DNA of 64,000 bases from Marsupella aquatica. Lineage: Eukaryota; Plantae; Marchantiophyta. Location: assembly GCA_973895155.1 (NCBI GenBank), contig OZ316895.1:22828558-22892557 (forward strand). Reading direction: 5' to 3'. A model generated the notes under the pieces. The model made no database searches. It was not told where the DNA came from and saw nothing but the letters and a program-made list of their open reading frames with translations. Position 1 is the first letter of the stretch, and each line of letters begins with the position of its first letter. Of this stretch, positions 23,723-37,038 are shown one piece after another. A program made the translations under genes and the position numbers.

Positions 23723-26386
23723 AAAGTTTACTTTCCAATGTTTTGCAACGCTGGAAATGCAAGCCCATATTTCTCTAGCTATGATTTCTCCTAAATTCAA
23801 TCCCTACCTACACTATCATGTGCTTCATATTGTAGATCACCTTTTGTGCTAGTGACTAGTTCAATTGGCTAAGAGAGTTCAATTATCATTTAGGCAGGCA
23901 TTTCAATTTGCACTTGGATAGCACACCAGGGCAACTGATTGTGGAGAGGGAATGATGGGAGTTGGAGCCTGCATCGTGGGCACACATGGCATGGAGGCCA
24001 TTGGTGCAACCTTTGTCTTGTTTCAAATCCCGGTTGGTGCTTCAATTTGTTCAGCTTCAAGGATCTGTGGCGTTGAACAAGTCCACTTCTAAAGAAACAA
24101 AATAAGTTTACACCAATTAGGGTTCCAATCAAATTCAGCTTTTAGGATGACCAGGAACTATACATTGCAATATAGTTTTAATAGAAACAAACACGAAACT
24201 AACGAGGCATTGAAGAAAAGCCCACAACTAACAAGGCACTAAAGAAAGCGCAGGAAGAATCAAAATTGGAAAACCCCATGATCATAGGCATCTACCAGGA
24301 TAAATCGAACACCTTCCTCAATAGGTACATATAAGCCTGCCGAGGACCAGAGCCCATCATTTTCATCACTAGACAGAATGGAGAAGGGATGGCAGCCTGG
24401 TTATCTGAACAACGGTCGCCCATATGCTCAATAGCCAGTGAGCAATATCCTCCACTTGCTGATCTGACAAATTATGCCAACATAAGGCGTGCTCACCACC
24501 AACTTGGTTGGCAGGGGTTACTCCAGGTACAGAATGGGATGATTGTATCAGTCAATTACGAATTTTTTTGAATGAATCCTCTATGTCTGCTCCCTGTACC
24601 ACAGGAGCACTCTCCACACCCAGCGCAAGATGAAGTCCTCGATTATTGAGGATCTGCACCACCAGTGCAGGATCGTCCTCAGTCAGCCCCTGCACAATCT
24701 GATTGCACGGCATGACTATTGTCGGGGTGAGAATTCCCTTGAGAGAATCCAGACATGTGATGTTGTGACTCAACTCGTTGTATTCGGCCTCATTCATGGG
24801 TAGAGTAAGGGAACTTGCAAGTGCAGCTGTTTTGGGGACTACTTCTTGTCAATCCAAGTTGATGTCTTCCTAAAACAATAGTCATCTTTGCTCTGATGAT
24901 GTTCCTGCAGTTGTGAACGATGACTTTCGAACACGATCTCTTACGGGCAGCACCTTTGCACCGCCATTGGGTTCAGTCGGTCCACTATTCTTTGTCATGC
25001 ACAACTGGCAGGACTGAGAAGTTGCGTTTCTTCGCCAAGCTCTAGTGGCTGATAAGACATCCTATGGCGCACTGATTATCGATAGTTAACAAGCTCAACC
25101 TCTTAACTTCATTAAAAAATTGGAGCATGATGAAAAGTATTTTACAACTTCATTAAAATTCCTTAGATTGTCATACAGGTGTTCAAGGGTCACATTGAAC
25201 ATTTGTTGACCTTCTTGATATCCTGCCCTCTGGAGTAGCATCCACGGAAACATGACTTATCTTTCCCTTCCCATAGCAAATCAATAACCACCTGACTGAC
25301 TGCGAGAAACTTTGGATTGGTTCACATGAGTCTAAGCTGGTCCCCAATCTAATTAAAACACATTGATAATAGATAAGCCAGTCTATTTTGGATTGGTTCA
25401 CATGGGTCTAAGCTGGTCCCCAATCTAAATAAAATGGATTGATTATAGACAAGCAATGACTCAAGTTTGCAATGGCACTTGACAGTATTTATTGTAGACA
25501 AGCAATGACTGGCACCTGGCAGTATTGATTGTAGGCAAGCAATGACTTGCCTATGCAATGGCACCTGACAATATGCCGCACATGACAATATGCAATAGCA
25601 CCTGACAATATGCAGTGGCACTTGTCGGATCTTAATATGCAATGGCATCAGACAATATTGATTGTAGGCAAGCTATGACTCGCCTATGCAATGGCACCTG
25701 ACAATATGCAATAGCACCTCACAATATGCAATGGCATTTGGGATCTTAACGGGAACTGAACAAGACACATCAGAGCAGGAAGCCCATTGAACAAGATGGT
25801 AATTGCAATGGGAGAAAGCATATGCCACAATTGAGCTATAAAGGCTAATGCCACTAGCACATGACAGATCTTAACAGGAACTGAACAAGACAACATTAGA
25901 GCAGTGACAGATCTTAACTGGAACTGAACAAGACAATATTAGAGCAAGATGCCTATTCAACATCCACAAATGGTAACTACAAATGAAGAAAGCATCCGCC
26001 ACAATTGAGTTGTAAAGGCTCATGCAATACTAAAAGATTAATTACTTTCTAATGTTTTGCAAGGCTGGAAAATGCAAGCCCATATTTTTATAGCTTTGAT
26101 GTCTCCTAAACTCAATACCTGCCTACACTATCATGTGCTTCATATTGTAGATCACCTTTTGTGCTAGTGACTAGTTCAATTGGCTAAAAGAGTTCAATTG
26201 TCATTTAGGCAGGCATTTCAATTTGCACTTGGACAGCACACCAGGGCAACTGATTGTGGAGAGGGAATGATGGGAGTTGGAGCCTGCACGTGGGCACACA
26301 TGACATGGAGGCCATTGGTGCAACCTTTGTCTTGTTTCAAATCCCGGTTGGTGCTTCAATTTGTTCACGTTCAAGGATCTGTAGCG

Positions 26387-26673
26387 CTCGGGGGGTTAAC
26401 TAAGTGTATATTTTGGGGTACCACGTGCGATCCTAGCCTAATATAAATAGACCTATTTTATAAAGAAAGTATTCCAAAAATATTATTTATTTTCAATATT
26501 AATAACCTATTTTACTTTATAAAGAGTATATATTAAAGAATATTCTATAAACATGAGTTTATAATACCTTCTTTTGCCTCCTATGTTTTTTAAAAATTTA
26601 GTTAAAATCTGTCAAAAATACATATTTTGGATCGCATGTGGTTCCTAAGATTTTTGATAGTCAACCCCCCGAG
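26387..26673. mobile_element. 287-bp MITE with ~45-bp imperfect TIRs and 8-bp TSD
   Basis: The left end is CTCGGGGGGTTAACTA...GTACCACGTGCGATCC and the reverse complement of the right end is CTCGGGGGGTTGACTA...GAACCACATGCGATCC. The element is flanked by CTGTAGCG at 26379-26386 and 26674-26681 and has an AT-rich interior. An empty site (CTGTGGCG once) lies at ~24065-24072 in duplicate A. Confidence 0.92.
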
Positions 26674-27019
26674 CTGTAGCGTTAATGAAGTCCACTTCTA
26701 AAGAAACAAAATAAGTTTACACCAATTAGGGTTCCGCTCAAATTCAGCTTTTAGGATGACCAGGAACTATACATTGCAATATAGTTTTAACATAAACAAA
26801 CATGGAACTAACGAGGCACTGAAGAAAAGCCCACAACTAACAAGACACTAAAGTGTCCAATTCAGCTTTTAGGATGACCAGGAACTATACATTGCAATAT
26901 AGTTTAACAGAAACAAACACGAAACTAACGAGGCACTGAAGAAAAGCCCACAACTAACAAGACACTAAAGAAAAGCCCACAACTAACAAGGCACTAAAGA
27001 AAAGTGCAGGGAGAAATTT

Positions 27020-27715
27020 CAAAATTGGAAAACCCCATGATCATAGGCACCTACCAGGATAAATCGAACACCTTCCTCAATAGGTACATCTAAGCCCGCC
27101 CAGGACCAGAGCCCATCATTTTCATCACTAGACAGAATGGAGAAGGGATGGCAAGCCTGGCTGTCTGAACAGTGGTCGCCCATAGATGGTTGCTCCATAG
27201 CCCGTGAGCAATATCCTCCACCTGCTGATCTGACAAATTATGCCAACATAAGGCGTGCTCACCACTAACCTGGTTGGCGGTGGTTATTCCAGGTACAGAA
27301 TGGGCTGATTGTATCAGCAAATTACTAATTTTTTTGAATGAATCCTCTATATCTGCTCCCTGTACCACAGGAGCACTCTCCACACCAAGCGCAAGATGAA
27401 GTCCTCAATTACTGAGGACTTGCACCACCAGCGCAGGATTGTCCTCAGGCAGCCCCTGCACAATCTGATTGCACACCATGACTGTCATCGGCGTGAGAAT
27501 TCCCTTGAGAGAATCAGGACATGTGATATTGTGACTCAACTCGTTCTCTTCAACCTCATTCCTCTCACTCTGGCGAGGCATCTCCCCCAAAAGAGAAGCC
27601 CTCATGACTTTGCGGAGACATGTGATATTGTGACTCAACTCGTTCTCTTCAACCTCATTCCTCTCACTCTGGCGAGGCATCTCCCCCAAAAGAGAAGCCC
27701 TCATGACTTTGCGGA
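27020..27715 (-). pseudogene. Disrupted ORF of unknown family, present in both duplication copies (also ~24260-24795)
   Basis: The near-continuous reading MRASLLGEMPRQ...GLPEDNPALVVQVLSN*GLHLALGVESAPVVQGADIEDSFKK...NLSDQQVEDIAHGL carries a TGA where copy A has CGA (Arg). Copy A is frameshifted elsewhere. An exact 99-bp (33-codon) tandem duplication lies at ~27518-27715. No family was recognised. Confidence 0.35.
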
Positions 27716-30466
27716 CAGAGATTCAGCGGGAAAAGGCCGTTCAATACTCGTGATGTGAGAACTCAGTTTTGAGAGTGGGGAGAGGAGAGGAGTGGCGAAG
27801 AAGTTATGGAAGTTCACACTATTGTAGGTGGGCAAGGCTCATGCTTGTTCACCACACGGTACCCAGCTTGGCTCATGCTTACTTTGCCGGACGGCTGATT
27901 TTTATTAACCACATGGTACCCAGCTGTGCTGACGCATATTAACGACATGGCACCTGGGATCACACATGTTAACCAGGGCAGAGGAGTTATGGCAGCAGTA
28001 GTTCGCAAACCTCGGAAATTCTACCATTCTAGTAGAAACCTTAGAAACAAAAAACTCACCTCGATTGGAAGCTAACTCGCGGCAACAACGACCAGAACTA
28101 ACACATCAACACGGTAACCACATCAGCTCAGCCAGCACGATGTTCTCCTCCGTTTCTCTGCTCCGGCACTTCTCCTGCGGCTCTCAGAAGCTGCGGCACA
28201 TCCACTCCTCGGTTTCTGGTTTTGCCAATTGCATAATTTATGCGAACAGGACCAAATTTGGAAAGCACCATTGGAATTTGGGAATGAGTTGAAGTCCCGC
28301 ATAAGTTGAAGTCCTCTACACTTATTCCCAGAGAAGAAGCAACCAAAGGGTTCGCGGGAGATTGAGATCATTATTTGAAATTTCAGTACCATATATATGG
28401 GATCCTTTGTTCGGAAGTTGGCCCTGACCCGGGTGCCCCTTCCTCTACAGTTGGATTCTGGCCCAATAAAGTCTTGTCAAGTAAAGCCCGCCCCAGACAA
28501 TCTTGTCGAGGGAAGTCGACCCATGCGCAGAAAAGTTTTGTCCAGTAATTAAGATCTTATCTAGCAAACTCCAGCGCAGTAAGTTGGTCTCCCTTCCTGC
28601 CAACGTGCCTGCCTGTGAAGAATGATGGACCCAGCTGGAGTCTCAATGCCTGCCGACGTGCCTGCCTGTGAAGAACAATGGACCCAGCTGGATTCCCAGT
28701 TCAACGGAGGTACCATTCATTGCAGCCGGGCCAGAGGGAGTCAGCTGCCATCATCAGGCGAAGTACGCAGGGAAGGTGGCGATTTCGATTTTTGGCATGC
28801 GGTTGACAATTTGCGGTACTTCTCTTCCAAGGATCTTTGTCGATCTCAAAACAATTACCAGTACACACGGGCAACCCAAAAACAGGGCCCCAAAGCAAAC
28901 AGTAGGAGGAGAGTCCAATAGCGTTTATTGACGCATCGGCTGTAAGGTCCCGGTGTTACTGACAGACTGATAAGCGAGGAGAGGAGGTGGAGAAACGAAC
29001 AGCGACGAAGTGGGGTACGGGTAATCTGAGACGCTCGGCAATTCCAGGGTCAAGGGTTCTCTTGCCCAGTCCTCCTGCACCGCAGATCACACCTCTGCTC
29101 CTCCAGTGAGCTGCTGTGGTGGTTCATATGGTCAAAGAGTCCCTCTTAGGAAATTGGTGGGAGGTGATTTGTTGCTGCTGTAGCGACGATGTTAGTTGTC
29201 ATCTGTCCTGGTTCTTACCTCCTCCAACTTTTCCTGCTGCTCTGATTTTTCTTTTCCCAAGTTGCGCAACCACTGTAGCTTGCAGGCAGGAAAACCCCTG
29301 GATTACATTTATTGCTGCTCTTGCTTGGGTTGACACTGTTTCTAGTCATTACTCCATTGGTTCCTCCTGCACATTCGTGAGGTCATTTTCGAAGGTAACT
29401 GTATAATCGATGAGCCTACTATAGTGCGAACAATTCATTCAGGTCAGCATATTGCTAGATGGAAAGCTTCACTGAAGTCCTCTTGTCTTCTTTCCCAGCC
29501 CTTGTTTGGTCCTGTCCCGGAGCTTGTCGACGTGGATAATGCGGCCAAGTGCGCGAGTTACATTGTCGTCTGGCATGCGCAATCGACCTTGCGAAAATCA
29601 GAGATTATTTCCGGGTAAGTTCGGTTTTCGTTCGGAGAGAATGAATGGAAGGGTTAACTAGTAAAGCCTCTCGCGATAGCACCCGTACTGGGGTTTTGCC
29701 TCTGATGCCTACGGTTCAATTGAAAGGTGCAACCTCGCGGGTTGAGAGAGGGAGAGATTTTTCTTTTGCGTCTGAAAAGCCGGCAGACTGGTCTACATCA
29801 GTAGATACTTTCATATTTGGGTGATTTCGATTTTGGGCGCTTGCAGCTCACTCGCGTTCTCCCGTCCTCTGCACAGTAGTGACGTATTCCTGCTTGTCTT
29901 GCCGCTTTGACAGTTCACAGAGCGTCCATTTGATGAAGGTCCGCGACTGACATTTTCTTTCCCTGCGTCGTGCGTTGTTTTGTGATGGTGTGTAGCGTCA
30001 GAGAGAATAAAGGGATTACTTGAAACACTAGAAGGTATAGAGACAGAGAGGATAATGATTCAGGTGACTAGCTGAATCCAGGGTAAACCTAGATCACCAG
30101 GTTTGTGTTAGGGGCGTCTGATTAGATGCGGCGAGAGAGTGGATAAGATTAGCTCCGTCAGTGATTGAGAAGGAGGTTACAACCTGCTAATGCATTTCTG
30201 TATCACTGTTTGCTGTATCAGATGTGCTGGTGACTTGTGCTGGCAATCGATTGGGATCTCCAAAGGTAGAACTTCCTTCTTTCAATTGTACCGATTGAAA
30301 ACATCAAAGGTCTCCCTGGTCTCCCACTATTGCAAGGAACATAAGTCGGACGGCAGGACCGGCTTCCCGACTCTGAAGGTGGTGATGTTCAGTCTGATCT
30401 GTTGAGTTTACAGATTCTGGCGGATTGATCCTTGAACGAATTGGGCAGAGCAGGAGTGCGACAGCA

Positions 30467-32376
30467 ATGGGGCCCGAGGGATTCTTTAGTGTTTCAGAGA
30501 TCGTAGGAACGGTGGGAAACGCATGGCAGGAGTGGTTGTCGGGGATGCTGGGGCCCGTCTTAGCTCTGTCAGTGGTGTTTGCTGCCATGATAGTTTCCTA
30601 CACGCAAAACCTTGGCATTGAGATGGAAATGATCATTTCCATTGCAAGGGCCTTTCTCCAACTTTCGGTGATCGGATTCGTTCTGGAGTTTATCTTCAGT
30701 CAGTCGAATGTCGCCTGGATTTTTCTGGCGTACCTATTCATGGTGAGAACTGCAGCACTTCCGTTCGATTGAATTAAAACTTCTCGTTTGGCAAATGGAC
30801 GTTTGGCAAATGGACTGCAGCTGTGAGATTTCTGCAGTTTTTGAGCTTTGCTTTCTCGCATTCCTTCGTAGGAAAGTGTAATTGTATAACGAAAGATTGA
30901 CACCGGACAATGCATTGAATTGGAGTGGTATGGAAGTTCTTATTATAATCTTATGTCGAGGCATTTAGGCAGTCAAGGACCTGTTCAGGTTCTCGGTGGA
31001 TTTTAGACACTATTGATCCTCAAAATCTACCTTCAAAGTGTTGTATCTTTCTCGAAAATCCTGAAGATTTATCGTAAAATTATGTCTCAAAAGTTTCGAT
31101 ATACATCTTGATTCAAGGTGGAATGTCCCGGATAGGCAACAAGGATTGAATACGGCTATAATCTTCGAGGACAAGGAAGCCAAGTTATTACATAGAAAGC
31201 AGGCCCGATTGTTCCGGCAGATCCATAGGCTTATGCCTTTCTCTTCATCCATCGCAAGTTGTGAACGGTACCTTAGCTTCCTAACAGGCAGCTGGTCATC
31301 TGAAATCTCGTTTTGTACCAAAAGGGCTTAGTGTCCCTAGCGGCAGAGCCCTTCTAGAAATGTCAATCTGCTACCTAAGTTGATGTGCTTAAGTTGAGGC
31401 AAGGGTCAAGTAGTCAAGAAGTGCGCTGTGTCAGACTTGACCTTAGAATAGAATTACTCAAACGTTCATTTGCTTCAATGTATGAAGGAAACACGATTTT
31501 TTGCAACAATTTCGAAAAAGTGAGTACTCCGAATTTTATTAGGTTTCCACGTCAGTTTCAAACAGATTCGTCTCGTAATGCGTTCCGCTTGCTGTTTGCA
31601 GGTTACAGTTGCAGGTTACACTGCAGGAAGGCGTGCGAAGAATGTGCCTCAGGGAAAATATGTTGCGGGAGTGTCCATTCTGATTGGAACTTTTTTAACA
31701 ATGGTGTTGCTTGTTGTGCTGAAAGTGTTCCCCTTCACCCCCATGTACATTATTCCAGTGGCCGGGATGATGGTTGGCAATGCGATGACTGTGACAGGTG
31801 TGACATTAAAACGCCTCAGAGAAGATTTGCGGCAACAGCAAGGCTTGGTGAGCTTTTTGTGCATTGTGAACTGCCTAGTGGTGCAAAGTTTCTGCACACT
31901 TGTCCTAGTAAATGCTAGCTTCCTTTGACATCGGCTTTTTCAATGAACTGATGCGTCCGATCACCGAATATTGCAGCAAAGGTGAGCACTGGTTTTTTTT
32001 GTTAGTCTCAAATCGTCGTTAGGTGCCAATGTTAATGTTTTATATGATTTCTGTATTGCAGATTGAGACAGCATTAGCATTGGGGGCAACCCCTAGACAG
32101 GCCATACACAAGCAGGTGAGGAGGTCACTTATAGTAGGTTTGTCACCAGTGCTAGATAACGCAAAGACAGTTGGACTCATCACGTTGCCAGGAGCTATGA
32201 CGGGGCTAATCATGGGTGGAGCATCCCCCATGGAGGCCATTCAGTTACAGATAGTGGTGATGAATATGTTGTTGGGAGCATCCACGTTCAGTGGTGTTGT
32301 GGCGTGTAATCTGAGCTGGCCGTTTTTCTTCACCAAAACTTATCAACTCAAATTGAATGAGTTGAAAGCTGAGTAG
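30467..32376 (+). CDS. STAR2: STAR2/ALS3-type bacterial-like ABC transporter membrane subunit (UPF0014)
   Basis: Exons are 30467-30742, 31602-31847 and 32062-32376, all GT-AG. Motifs include ARAFLQLSVIGFVLEFIF, VAGYTAGRRAK, FPFTPMYIIPVAGMMVGNAMTVTGVT, ETALALGATPRQA, SPVLDNAKTVGLITLPGAMTGLIMGGASPMEAIQLQIVV. Confidence 0.96.
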
Positions 32377-33778
32377 CTTTACTGGTTCGGGGCATTCCTC
32401 AACCGTTGGACTTCTAGCGATTAAAAGTTGGTGAGTATTTCAAATATAATCTGCGTTATTCTGCTTTCGTTGCTAGTGGTCGTTATGAATGGTGTCTTGA
32501 GTCAAGAAGGGGATGACTGATTGTATTGTTGGTGAGTGCTGGGTTGGCTTTGCCAGTGGTTGCAAGCTGAAACTAAATAAGTATATGTACTAGTAAGGGT
32601 TACTGCTCTGTACAGTTTTGAGTTCTTGGCCAGCTGTAAGGAAATGTCTCCACTTTAGCTTATACATACCCGTAGTCCTTTCTCTTGTTTTAGTCCTATT
32701 TAACCTTGGTGGCGCTGTCAGTTTGAGGTACCAAAAAATGTTGCTGAATGCTTACAGCCTCTATCTTATCGTCTGATTAGACCTTGTCGCTGCCTTCGAA
32801 TCAGTACTCCAGCAGTACTCAAATTGAAAGGGCTGTACTAGTAATCTGAAATACAGAACTTGTACAAATGTCGGGTCGCCCATTTTCAGGCCTTGGAGAC
32901 GAGCTGTTGTCTTCAAGTAGTTTGGCAGGAAATGTATCAGAGGTTGAAGCAATGCGCTGCTGAATTTTATGTCCCCCGCTTGTGTGGAATCTTTTGATAA
33001 ACACGCTCTAAAACTGCAAGGGAGTTTTCTTAGCATGATTTGACGAGTGTGCAACGTATGTACGTTACCTGATACACCTGGCATACTATCTTGACGTCCT
33101 GTTGTGACAGAAAGTGATTTTCGCTGGAGCAACCTAAAGTGCCCCTGCGAAGCTGTGTAGAGAATGTCAGCACAAACTCTCAATTACTAGAAACATTGGG
33201 GATTGCGTGCCTTCGTTCTCATGTGATATCATCAGAGCCCACGACAAAAAAATTGCAAATTCTACCTCTTGCATTTCCTAAAACGATACGACTCAATGTT
33301 AAAATGCCAGATGAATATGAGAGTAAGTTCATCTAGGGCTTTCCTTGGCAAGCCCGATTAATTCAGTACTAAAGAATTTCCTTCAGTGTTTCTGCAAAGT
33401 AGTGTCTTCTGCAAAGCATCTGTCATGATAGAGTACCATATTGTATTAGTTGACAGCTTGTGATCACTCCAAGAAAAATGAGAGGGATGATTGTACCCGG
33501 GTTTAGTGGCAGGTCAGTAGCATAGATCTGAATTAACGTTTTCTGAAAGAAGGATGAGCATTCCGTTTTAAGTAAATCACTGGTGAAGGTAGAAAGCTTC
33601 GCTTGGCTCCTTCTGTCATGTCAAATCCTTTGAGTGAGGTGTAGAAGGAGGTATTATATGATATGAGCAGACAATAATTTTTGCTATTGAGTCCCGGGAG
33701 TGGTTCACCTTTTGAAGTTGGCTGAATCTTGCATTTCCAAGACTCCATATGGCTAGTGAGTTTTCTAGCCAAAAGAGG

Positions 33779-34322
33779 ACCAAAGTTGGGTTTTACGAAG
33801 AGACAACATGTTAAACCACATTCAAACTTTTTACAGAAAGAGCCAGGGTACAAAAGAACAGACCAAAGTTGGGTTTTACGAAGAGACAACATGTGAAACC
33901 ACATTCAAACTTTTTACAGAAAGAGCCAGGGTACAAAAGAACAAACAAAAGAGTCCAAAGCAGACAGGACAAAAACCAAACTCAAACCAAAACTCAAAAG
34001 AAGTGAGCAAAGGGAAACCCTTAAAAACCTAGAAAGAGCAAACAGTGAGCAAAGGTAAACTCTTAAAAACCTAGAAAGAGCAAACAAATCTAATGCAGAT
34101 TGACTGAGCCCTCATTAAACCTAGCAAATGTGACAAAAGCTAATGGTCCACATGAATTGGGACTCGAATGCTCTCTTGGGGGCCAGCTGTTGTGGAGGCA
34201 CACTAGTGCCTACAGTGAGACCTAGCAAATGTGACAGAAAGCTAATGGTCCTCATGAATTGGGACTGGAATGCTCTCTAGGGGGCCAGTTGTTGTGGAGG
34301 CACACTAGTGCCTACTGTGAGA
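33779..34322 (+). repeat. Cluster of short tandem duplications (~83 bp x2 at 33779-33942; ~41 bp x2 at ~34003-34086; ~101 bp x2 at 34120-34322)
   Basis: The direct repeats ACCAAAGTTGGGTTTTACGAAGAGACAACATG..., GTGAGCAAAGG(G/T)AAAC(C/T)CTTAAAAACCTAGAAAGAGCAAACA and CCTAGCAAATGTGACA...CACTAGTGCCTAC are each read twice. Confidence 0.85.
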
Positions 34323-36630
34323 GATCAACAATAGATGACTCGAGCTTGAGCACGTTGTAATGTCACTGAAATGCGTTGATGCCCGCGGTGATGAAAGTGT
34401 GTAGTCAAAAGAGATAGTGGGGGTAAGGTGGGACCCATCCGGCCTTGAATATCCTGAGCAGCCTGGCGAAGAAGCCCATTGAATTATTGATGGAGTGATC
34501 ACTGCATCGATGCTCAAGAATCATCCGGACAGAGGCAACAATGGCAGGGGCAGTGGCATCACGGGCTACAACGACAAAAGAGGAAGTGGCTCATAGATTA
34601 ATGAATGAGGAAGCCCCATATAGCAAGAGATTAATCCATGCGCTTAATCTCCTATTCCCATAAATTCAGTCGAGGGAGGGGAGGGTCATGTGGACTTACT
34701 AGTAGAAGCATAAAGAACCACTTGTTTGAAATGGTATATTAATTTGTGAGAATTCAGTGTCTTTAACGTGCATTTGCACATCAAAACTTCCCATGTTTGG
34801 CTATGCTGTTTCTTGAAAGAATGATGCAAATCAAACTTCCCATGCTAATAGAAAAGTACCCATTCACTACATGGGCCAAACAATGTGCAATAAAGTAAAA
34901 GCAAAAAGAGGTTCTGAGTGGACTAACAGTAAACTCCAAAGAAGAAGGCAAATGCAAACTCTACACATATCTATCAGTGCAATAGAGTGATGAGTAATAC
35001 TAGTGTTGCTTCTCAAAACAAGTTACACATATATACTGACAAAGAAGTTTGATGGTAACAAAACTGGAGGCAATATTGAAACACTCTAATATGCAATCCT
35101 GCTTTTTCTTTCTCATTTGAAGTCTGTTTACAAATGTCACTCTGATGGGAACCCTCCCTAGCTGTCAGATTATGGTGACTTGATGACATTTGTTCTAACA
35201 ATGAGATGGACCTATAGGCATCACTATACACCTTTTCCACACCCACCCAGTCACTCTCCCCCCCCAAACTTGCACACTCCTTGAAATATAGTTGCCAGGC
35301 CGGTTTGTCACCTTCCCGCAAAGTCCAACTACTCTCATCTCACTTATGCTTAACATCACTTTCTATTGACTATTTGTGTGACATTCCCTTACACTTGACA
35401 ACACTTACACTCAATGTCACTTACTCTCAACAACACTTCCATGCAACATCACTACTGTATACAATAAGGGGTCTAAAACCTCAAAAATTGATTGACCTTT
35501 ACTTAGCAATTAAACCACTACTACGGGTGTGAAAGGCACTCTCGTACACTGAATGGTACTATACGAGCTCAGCATTTGCACACAGGAAAGACATTGGAGG
35601 GACCCAAAACGAATTTATTTCAATTTTTATTTAAAAAAACATTTATTCATTTTTGAAACCAAAAAACCTAGATGTAAATCTCATTGACATCTTTCGTTTG
35701 AGCCCTACATGGCCTTCTGAAATGGACAGACAAGATAGCTAGAGGCAAACAAAATGGATGGCCAGGATAGAAGGAATTCAAATTTGAATAGACTGCCCAG
35801 ATCTGAGGAATTTGAAATCCACCAATAAGGTCAAAGAGATTTGTTTTCCTTTTTTCTCCCTCAATACTCTATATTTCTGGATAAAATTTTTACCATCCGG
35901 AGATCTTGGTGAGATTTGTACTTTGAGCCCTTGATCGCGTCTAATGGTTGAGAATAGGCACAGGGGCCCAGCACAAATCCAACGGCTGCCGGATCAATTT
36001 AGAATGAGCATGCGCAGACTCTTGTAGGAGGAGTTGTGGTGTAATAAGGCTAGGGAAAGAAAAACATATGGACTACCAAATCTATGATCCATACCTATTT
36101 GCTACTAAGATTATATATCACACTGCCAAAGAGTTGTGGTTTAAGGCTAGGGACAGAAAAACATATGGACTACCAAATCTATGATCCATACCTTTTTGCT
36201 ACTAAGATTATAAATCACACTGCCATGCCAAATGACAGGAACTTTGCCAAATGGGGAGACATGATCCCAAAGGCCGAAAGAACCCAATAAAGGCGGGGAA
36301 GGGAAACCCCAAGGAGACCAAGATTGGTCCATCACCATAAGTCACTCTAGAGACTAGAGAAAAACAAAAAAACATTTACGATACACATTTTTTAATGTGT
36401 AAAATACTCATCGGTAATTGAAGCTCGGAGACGCGAGACGCCCTAGTGTAGACAATACTTTGTGTTGGGCATTGGAGCACTGGGCTAGTGACTATATATA
36501 TCTGAACGAAAACGAGATCCCGCGCACATGATGTACAGCTAAAGCTCAGGCAGAGAAATGATGGCGCTTGACTCGATCAGCTTTAACAGTCGGATCCTCC
36601 GCAATGTCGACTCACAGGAAACGATGATTA

Positions 36631-37038
36631 TCATCCTCCAGACGACGCACACATGCATTGCGCTTGGCTGTAGCAGAAGGTGGTCACCCGATCCGCAGAA
36701 CAATCATTGTATGCATTGCACGTAAGCAAACATTCCTTCCCATTGCAAGAGCACAATTTTGCATCCCCGTAATAACAGTCGTCTGTGGTGATTTTGGTCG
36801 AGCCGCACGTCTGCCATCTCCCTCTCGTGCATTGCGGGGTGCAAGGGAAGGTCGGGACACCGGCTGTTGTCGCGTTGCTTGCTGGTAATGTTACACTACC
36901 GTCAACTTCTGCAGTTCGAATTGCCACTAGAGGAGTCGGAGACAGGGTCAGAGAAAGTAGGACGATGAGTGTGAGGAGAGCCGTTTTATGGTTGCTGTAG
37001 CTCTTCAAGAAATGCGTGTTTGATAAGCTGGACACCAT
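36631..37038 (-). CDS. Small secreted cysteine-rich protein (135 aa, 12 Cys), family not recognised
   Basis: Intronless ORF from the ATG at 37038. It has a hydrophobic signal-like stretch TALLTLIVLLSLTLSPTPLVA, a short Thr/Ala/Pro spacer containing an NAT sequon, and then 12 cysteines in ~65 residues ending QCMCASSGG. Confidence 0.75.
   Translation of the reverse strand: MVSSLSNTHFLKSYSNHKTALLTLIVLLSLTLSPTPLVAIRTAEVDGSVTLPASNATTAGVPTFPCTPQCTRGRWQTCGSTKITTDDCYYGDAKLCSCNGKECLLTCNAYNDCSADRVTTFCYSQAQCMCASSGG

Larger units (their letters stand above)
22485..27560 (+). repeat. Diverged tandem segmental duplication (copy A ~22485-24795, copy B ~24796-27560)
   Basis: Both copies begin ATGG(A/G)TAGAGTAAGG(A/G)AACTTGCAAGTGCAGCTG (the last part of Eda exon 9 and its 3' UTR) and end TGTGACTCAACTCGTT...CCTCATTC. 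They are collinear throughout, with copy-specific insertions and minisatellite expansions. Confidence 0.9.

Noticed and set aside
36541-36570. miR390-like sequence (AAGCTCAGG...GGCGC)
   Set aside because: Only the first 9 nt match, the centre differs, and no precursor hairpin is evident.
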